A stretch of DNA of 64,000 nucleotides from Planctomycetota bacterium (GTDB lineage Bacteria; Planctomycetota; UBA1135; UBA2386): positions 608,001-672,000 of the forward strand of contig OZ245006.1 of the NCBI GenBank assembly GCA_965223545.1. The letters are read 5' to 3'. Below, one piece after another: positions 58,728-64,000 of this stretch (positions are counted from its first letter, which is position 1; each line of letters opens with the position of its first letter). The translations under genes were made by a program, and so were the position numbers. The notes below the pieces were generated by a model. The model was given only the letters and a program-made list of their open reading frames with translations. It searched no databases and was not told the DNA's origin.

Positions 58728-59396
58728 TCACGTGCCATCGGTTTGGCCGAGGGGATCGTCGTCGATCGGGTACTGCGGGCCGGTGAACGGCGCCCGCTCC
58801 TCTTCCGCGGGCGGGGTCTTGGGCCGCGGCGGCAACTTGCCGGAGAAGCCGACGAACTCGATCTCGAAATCGGTGCGCATTCCCTCGGCCGGCCGCACCA
58901 TCTCGGCGTAGCGCGTCGCCAGCGCGGCGCGCAGTCGCCGACTGGTGTCCTGCAGGGCGACGCCATCGGGCGCCTGAAAGAACGCCCGCACCACGATCCG
59001 CTTGAGCCCGCCCGACTCGACCGAGACCCGCAGCCGCGTCACCTCGTCGAGCGCTTCGCCGGCATTGCGCAAGCCGGTCTCCAACGCCTCGCGCGCGACG
59101 CGGACCACCCCGCCGGAGGCGTGGCTGGCGACGTAGCGCAGCGGCTCCTTAGGCCGCCTCCCGTAGAGGAAATACAGCAGGTTGAGCACCAACAACAACG
59201 CCGCGCCGACGACGACCAGCTCGAGCCCGGCGTGGTCGCGGGCCGAGACCCTCACCTCCCCCTGCACCTCGTCGTAGACGCCGAACGTCGTCGGCCGCGC
59301 GTAGAACAGCACCACCGCCACCGCCGCCGCCAAGCCGAAAGCGGCGTCGGCGAAGAACACCAACCCGCGTCCCAAGCTCCGCACGTCGTGCGCCAC
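58728..59396 (-). CDS. AmaP/Asp23-like two-TM membrane anchor protein
   Basis: Two TMs, then GVVRVAREALE..LR....L.EV..LRV.V resembling the Asp23/AmaP fold; directly downstream of accC. Confidence 0.6.
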   Translation of the reverse strand: MAHDVRSLGRGLVFFADAAFGLAAAVAVVLFYARPTTFGVYDEVQGEVRVSARDHAGLELVVVGAALLLVLNLLYFLYGRRPKEPLRYVASHASGGVVRVAREALETGLRNAGEALDEVTRLRVSVESGGLKRIVVRAFFQAPDGVALQDTSRRLRAALATRYAEMVRPAEGMRTDFEIEFVGFSGKLPPRPKTPPAEEERAPFTGPQYPIDDDPLGQTDGT

Positions 59397-59404
59397 CGCT
59401 GTTC

Positions 59405-60751
59405 CTATCGGCTCGAGAAGTAGCGATCGATGAAACCGGTGTCGATCTCACCGTTGATGAAGTCGGAGTGGTCCAGGATGCGCCGGTGCAACGGCACGGT
59501 CGTGGCGATGCCATCGAGGGTGATCTCGTCGAGGGCGCGCCGGGCGGTGGCGATCGCCTGGCGGCGTGTCGGCCGGTGCACGATGAGCTTGCCGACCATC
59601 GAGTCGTAGTTCGGCGGCACCGTGTAGCCCTGGTAGACGTGCGAGTCCCAGCGCACGCCGGGGCCGGACGGCGGGATGTAGGTGTGCACCGTTCCCGGTG
59701 ACGGCGCGAAGTTGCGGTCGGGGTCCTCGGCGTTGATGCGGAACTCGATGGCGTGGCCGCTGACCGCGATGTCCTCCTGGCGCAGCGCCAGGCGCTCCCC
59801 CGCCGCGATCCGGATCATCTCCTGAATCAGGTCGACGCCGGTGACCTCCTCGGTCACCGGATGCTCGACCTGGATCCGGGCGTTGATCTCGATGAAGTAG
59901 AACTCCTTGTTGCGGTCGAGCAGGAACTCGACCGTGCCCGCGGACCAATAGCCCGCCGCGCGCGCCAGCCGAATCGCCGCCTCCCCCATCCGGGCGCGGG
60001 TGGCCTCGTCGAGCACCGGACAGGGGCTCTCCTCGAGCAGCTTCTGGTGCCGGCGCTGCAGCGAGCAATCGCGCTCACCGAGATGGATCAGGTTGCCGTG
60101 CTGGTCGCCGAGGATCTGCACCTCGACGTGACGCGGCCGCTCGACGTACTTCTCGATGTAGACGGTGGCGTCGTTGAAGGCACCTTCGGCCTCGGCGCGC
60201 GCGGCGTGGAAGCCGCTGACCAAGCTGGCGTCGTTGTGGGCGACGCGCATTCCGCGGCCGCCGCCACCGGCGGCGGCCTTGATCAGCACCGGATAGCCGA
60301 TCCGCCGGGCGACGCCGACGGCATCGCTCTCGGATTCGACCGGCCCGCCACTGCCCGGCACGGTCGGCACCTCCGCGCGCTGCGCCAGCTCGATCGCCGC
60401 CACCTTGTCGCCGACCAGAGCGATGGTCTCGGCCGAGGGCCCGATGAACTTGATGTTGCAGGACTGGCACACCTCGACGAAGTGCGCGTTCTCCGACAAG
60501 AACCCGTAGCCGGGGTGCACTGCCTCGACGTCGGCGATCTCGGCCGCCGCGATCAGCGAGGGGATGTCGAGGTAGCTGGCGGTACTCGGCGCCGGGCCGA
60601 TGCAGACGGTCTCGTCGGCGTAGCGAAGGTGCAGCGAGCCCTTGTCCGCTTCGGAGTAGACGGCGACGGTCTCGATGCCCATCTCGCGCGCGGCGCGCAT
60701 GATGCGCAGCGCGATCTCGCCTCGATTGGCAATCAGGATGCGCCGGAACAT
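59405..60751 (-). CDS. accC: Acetyl-CoA carboxylase biotin carboxylase
   Basis: [65 protein letters not shown]. Confidence 0.97.
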   Translation of the reverse strand: MFRRILIANRGEIALRIMRAAREMGIETVAVYSEADKGSLHLRYADETVCIGPAPSTASYLDIPSLIAAAEIADVEAVHPGYGFLSENAHFVEVCQSCNIKFIGPSAETIALVGDKVAAIELAQRAEVPTVPGSGGPVESESDAVGVARRIGYPVLIKAAAGGGGRGMRVAHNDASLVSGFHAARAEAEGAFNDATVYIEKYVERPRHVEVQILGDQHGNLIHLGERDCSLQRRHQKLLEESPCPVLDEATRARMGEAAIRLARAAGYWSAGTVEFLLDRNKEFYFIEINARIQVEHPVTEEVTGVDLIQEMIRIAAGERLALRQEDIAVSGHAIEFRINAEDPDRNFAPSPGTVHTYIPPSGPGVRWDSHVYQGYTVPPNYDSMVGKLIVHRPTRRQAIATARRALDEITLDGIATTVPLHRRILDHSDFINGEIDTGFIDRYFSSR

Positions 60752-61380
60752 CAGACCTTGATGACGAACAGAGGCTGCCCGTAGTCGACCGGCTCACCGT
60801 TCTCGGCCAGGATCTCCACCACTTCGCCGGACATCTCGGCCTTGATCTCGTTCATCACCTTCATCGCTTCGATGATGCACAGCACCGAGTCCTGCGACAC
60901 CTGGTCGCCCGGCTTGGCGAACGGCTCCGCGTCGGGCGACGGCGCCCGATAGAAGGTGCCGACCATCGGCGACTTGAACACCTCGCCGGCGTAGCCGACC
61001 GGCGCCTCGGCGGCCGGCGCCTCGGCGCTGGCCGCCGACCCGACCGGGGCCGGCAGCGCCGGTGCGGAGTACGCCGGGGCCGGCAGGGCGACCGCCGGCC
61101 GATCCTCCTTGAGGCGGACGCGCAGCTTGTGGTCGGCGCCCTCGAGCTCGACCTCGACGGCGCCGTTCTGCACCATCACGTCGATGAGCCGACGCACCTG
61201 CTCGACCTGATCGCCCGCGCCCCGAGCGGCGCCGGTCTTCTTGCGCGCCGTTCGCTTGGCGGCCTTGGCCGGAGCGGCGGGTTTGCGCGCGCTCTTCTGC
61301 GGCGCCTTCTTCTTCGGCGCCTTCTTCGTCACCTTCTTCTTCGACCCCGCCTTCTTGGCGGTGGAACGTTTTGCTGCCAT
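60751..61380 (-). CDS. accB: Biotin carboxyl carrier protein with Lys/Ala-rich N-terminal extension
   Basis: [39 protein letters not shown] coupling to accC. Confidence 0.95.
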   Translation of the reverse strand: MAAKRSTAKKAGSKKKVTKKAPKKKAPQKSARKPAAPAKAAKRTARKKTGAARGAGDQVEQVRRLIDVMVQNGAVEVELEGADHKLRVRLKEDRPAVALPAPAYSAPALPAPVGSAASAEAPAAEAPVGYAGEVFKSPMVGTFYRAPSPDAEPFAKPGDQVSQDSVLCIIEAMKVMNEIKAEMSGEVVEILAENGEPVDYGQPLFVIKV

Positions 61381-61442
61381 GGTGCGGACCTTGGACCCAA
61401 CGGGGACACGAGACGGAGTGCCGCCCCGGAGTGCTACGGCCG

Positions 61443-62441
61443 TCAGACCATCTCCGCTATCTGCACGGCATTCAAGGCCGCACCTTTGCGCAGCTGGTCG
61501 CCCGCCAGCCAAAACGCCAGCCCCGGATCGAACACGCGGCTGAGGCGCACGCGCCCCACCGCAACCTCGTCGCGGCCGGCGCGCTCGATCGGCTGCGGCA
61601 CCAGGCTGCGCGCGGGCTCGTCCTGGACGACCACGCCCTCGGCGGCACTCCACAGCGACCGCGCCTCCGCCACCGACAGGGGCCGCTGCAGCTCCACGCC
61701 GACGGCCTCGCTGTGGCAGCGCTCCACCGGCACGCGCACGCAGGTCGCCTCGACCGGCAGCGCGGGGAGACCGAGGATGCGCCGGGTCTCGAAGCACATC
61801 TTGTCCTCTTCTCTGGTGTAGCCGTCCGCCTCGAAGGAGTCGATCTGCGGAAACAGGTTGAACGCCAACGGGTGTGGCAACGGGTCCGCCGCCGGCGCGG
61901 GGCAGCCGTCCAGGTGCGCCCGCGCGCCCTCGCGCAGCACCGTCATCGCCCGCTCGCCGGCCCCCGAAGCGGCCTGATAGGTCGACACCACCACGCGGCG
62001 CACGCCGGCGGCGCGCTGCAACGGCCACAGCGCCAGCACCAACAAAATGGTCGAGCAGTTGGGGTTGGCGATCAGGCCGTCGTGCGCACGCAGCGCATCC
62101 GGGTTGACCTCGGGCACCACGAGCGGCACGTCCTCGTGGCGACGGAACGCCGAGCTGTTGTCGATGACGACCGCGCCGGCGCGCCGCGCGCGCGGCGCCA
62201 GCTCACGGCTGAGCGCGCTGCCCGCGGCCAGCAGGACGATGTCGTACGCGTTCCAGTCGGCCTGCGCGACGTCGACCACGCGGTGCTGCTCACCGGCGAA
62301 GGGCAGGCTCCGGCCGGCGCTGCGCGGCGATGCGAACAGCGCCAGCGAGCGCAGCGGCACCTCGCGCTGCGCCAACACCGCCAGCATCTCGCGGCCGACC
62401 GCACCGGTCGCGCCGACCACGGCGACCCGGCGCGGGGTCAC
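61443..62441 (-). CDS. asd: Aspartate-semialdehyde dehydrogenase
   Basis: [62 protein letters not shown]. Confidence 0.96.
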   Translation of the reverse strand: MTPRRVAVVGATGAVGREMLAVLAQREVPLRSLALFASPRSAGRSLPFAGEQHRVVDVAQADWNAYDIVLLAAGSALSRELAPRARRAGAVVIDNSSAFRRHEDVPLVVPEVNPDALRAHDGLIANPNCSTILLVLALWPLQRAAGVRRVVVSTYQAASGAGERAMTVLREGARAHLDGCPAPAADPLPHPLAFNLFPQIDSFEADGYTREEDKMCFETRRILGLPALPVEATCVRVPVERCHSEAVGVELQRPLSVAEARSLWSAAEGVVVQDEPARSLVPQPIERAGRDEVAVGRVRLSRVFDPGLAFWLAGDQLRKGAALNAVQIAEMV

Positions 62442-62947
62442 GACGGCTCCGGTTCCCGCCGCCAGCTTCCCGACTTGCCGCCGTCCTTGCGCATCAGCTG
62501 CACCGCGGTGATCGTCATCCCGCGACAGCGCGCCTTGCACATGTCGTAGATGGTGAGGGCCGCGACCGACACCGCGGTCATCGCCTCCATCTCGACGCCG
62601 GTCGGGCCAATGGTGCGCGCCTCGGCCCACACCTCGATGCCGTCGTCGCCGATGGGAGTGAAGCCGACCTCGACGGCGGCGAGCGCCAGCGGGTGGCAGA
62701 GTGGAATCAGGCGCGCGGTCTCCTTGGCGGCTTGGATCCCGGCGACGCGCGCCACCGCCAGCACCTCGCCCTTGGGCAATTCGCCGGCCAGGACCGCCTG
62801 GCGCACCGCGGCGGTCATCTGCACCCGCGCCGACGCGCGCGCGGTGCGCGGAGACGCCGGTTTTTCCGAAACGTCCACCATCCGCGCCCGGCCGCGGTCG
62901 TCCAAATGTGTCAATTCGCCGGAATTCTCCGGAGGTTTACCGCTCAC
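62438..62947 (-). CDS. moaC: Cyclic pyranopterin monophosphate synthase
   Basis: LTHLD..G.ARMVDVSEK, LIPLCHP, TGVEMEAMT, TIYDMCKA, K.GGKSG. Confidence 0.96.
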   Translation of the reverse strand: MSGKPPENSGELTHLDDRGRARMVDVSEKPASPRTARASARVQMTAAVRQAVLAGELPKGEVLAVARVAGIQAAKETARLIPLCHPLALAAVEVGFTPIGDDGIEVWAEARTIGPTGVEMEAMTAVSVAALTIYDMCKARCRGMTITAVQLMRKDGGKSGSWRREPEPS

Positions 62948-63165
62948 CGTGCGCAGGGTAACACGCCCGCGGGCGGCGGCAAGCACGGCGGCGCAAGGCC
63001 AGCGCGACCGGACGAATCCAGGCGACTGACCTGTCCCCTCGCCCGGGGCTGACGTATATCTCATCATCGACGGCCTCGAGCGACGGCTTGCCGGCCTTGA
63101 CCCCGACACGACCGTTCGCCGATCACCGAAGCAGGCCTGGACCATCCAAGCCCAACGGAGACCAA

Positions 63166-64000
63166 ATGCGACGACACCTCCCGGCTGCTCTCACGCACGC
63201 CTTGGCGATCACTCTGGGCGGCGCACTCACCGCGCCGCTGGCCGCGCAGGAGGGCCTGGAAGGGCAGGTGGCGCGGCTGCTGCAGCGCGCCGACGCCGGG
63301 CAGCTGGAACGCGTGTGGGACGTGAGCGCCGAGATCGTCGAGCTCGACGGCCAGGAGGACGCCCTGGCGCGCGCCATCTCCAGCCGGGCCGACCAGGGCG
63401 GTGCCCTGGCGCGGCTGGCCGCGGCGCGCGCGCTCCTCGATCTGTCCAGCGGCTACGCCGACCACGTCCTACAAGCGCTGGATCCGCTGTGCAAAGCCGA
63501 CGACGGCGCCGTCCGCGGCGCGGCGATGGGGATGCTCGGCACTCAGGGTTTTTTCCGCGGCACCACGCTGCGGCGGGTAAGGGACATCCTCGAGGAGAAC
63601 ACGAGCTCCGAGCTCGCCGCCCCCCACGTCCGCGTCGAGGCGGCCAAGAGCCTGTGGCGCGTGGGCAGCGACGCCCAGCGCAGCACGGCGCGCAGCACGT
63701 TGCAGCAGTTCTTGACCTCCGCCGATCGAGAGCTGCGGGTCGAGGGCGCGCTGGCGCTGGCGGAGATCAACGTCGACTCGTCGCATCCCGCGTGGCAGGT
63801 GCTGCGCGAGATCCAGGACCAACCGACGGACGCCGGCCGGCTGGCGCGCAGCTATCTGCGGCTGGATTCCGAGCGCCGCCGGTTCGAGCACCTGCTGCGC
63901 CGCAGCCTGGACGCGCGCCGGCCCGGCGGTGACGACAGCCGCTACGGCAAGCTCGAGGAGATCATGGCGGAGATCCGCGGGCGACACACCCGCGGCGACT
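63166..64000 (+). CDS. Secreted HEAT-repeat protein, 3'-truncated by the window (possibly N-terminus of an S41/CtpA-type protease)
   Basis: RBS GGAG + ATG 63166; signal peptide ending LAAQ; HEAT-like VRVEAAKSLW and LRVEGALALAE; frame open to the end. The S41 guess rests only on the final LEEIMAEIR..H helix. Confidence 0.7.
   Translation, partial: MRRHLPAALTHALAITLGGALTAPLAAQEGLEGQVARLLQRADAGQLERVWDVSAEIVELDGQEDALARAISSRADQGGALARLAAARALLDLSSGYADHVLQALDPLCKADDGAVRGAAMGMLGTQGFFRGTTLRRVRDILEENTSSELAAPHVRVEAAKSLWRVGSDAQRSTARSTLQQFLTSADRELRVEGALALAEINVDSSHPAWQVLREIQDQPTDAGRLARSYLRLDSERRRFEHLLRRSLDARRPGGDDSRYGKLEEIMAEIRGRHTRGD

Overview
High-GC bacterial DNA. A Planctomycetota origin is inferred, not proven, from the planctomycete-type ECF sigma factor, Ser/Thr kinase-WD40 protein, sulfatase and kelch-like secreted proteins. 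The first ~31 kb is accessory. It holds a ~200-bp palindromic REP/BIME-like repeat family (4 copies), one copy of which is interrupted by a complete IS110-family (IS1111-type) element. The element's 3' non-coding region contains a readable bridge/seek RNA whose four guides match the repeat target and the circle junction. This half also has three secreted proteins sharing a ~130-aa Cys-containing C-terminal domain, two SGNH proteins, a GT3 glycogen synthase-phosphorylase fusion, a TPR-zincin and an MntA/HepT toxin-antitoxin pair. From 31 to 57.5 kb lies an exopolysaccharide locus of the PEP-CTERM/XrtA-associated type (FemAB, deacetylase, GT4s, amidotransferase, Wzy-like, Wzc-N, Wza, rml/uxs genes), with no exosortase in the window. 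Embedded in it is a two-component pair with both phosphosites substituted (kinase His->Asp, sigma54 activator Asp->Glu). The window ends with amaP-like/accC/accB (AccB with a histone-H1-like tail), asd, moaC and a truncated HEAT-repeat secreted protein. All calls come from motif reading only; no searches were run.
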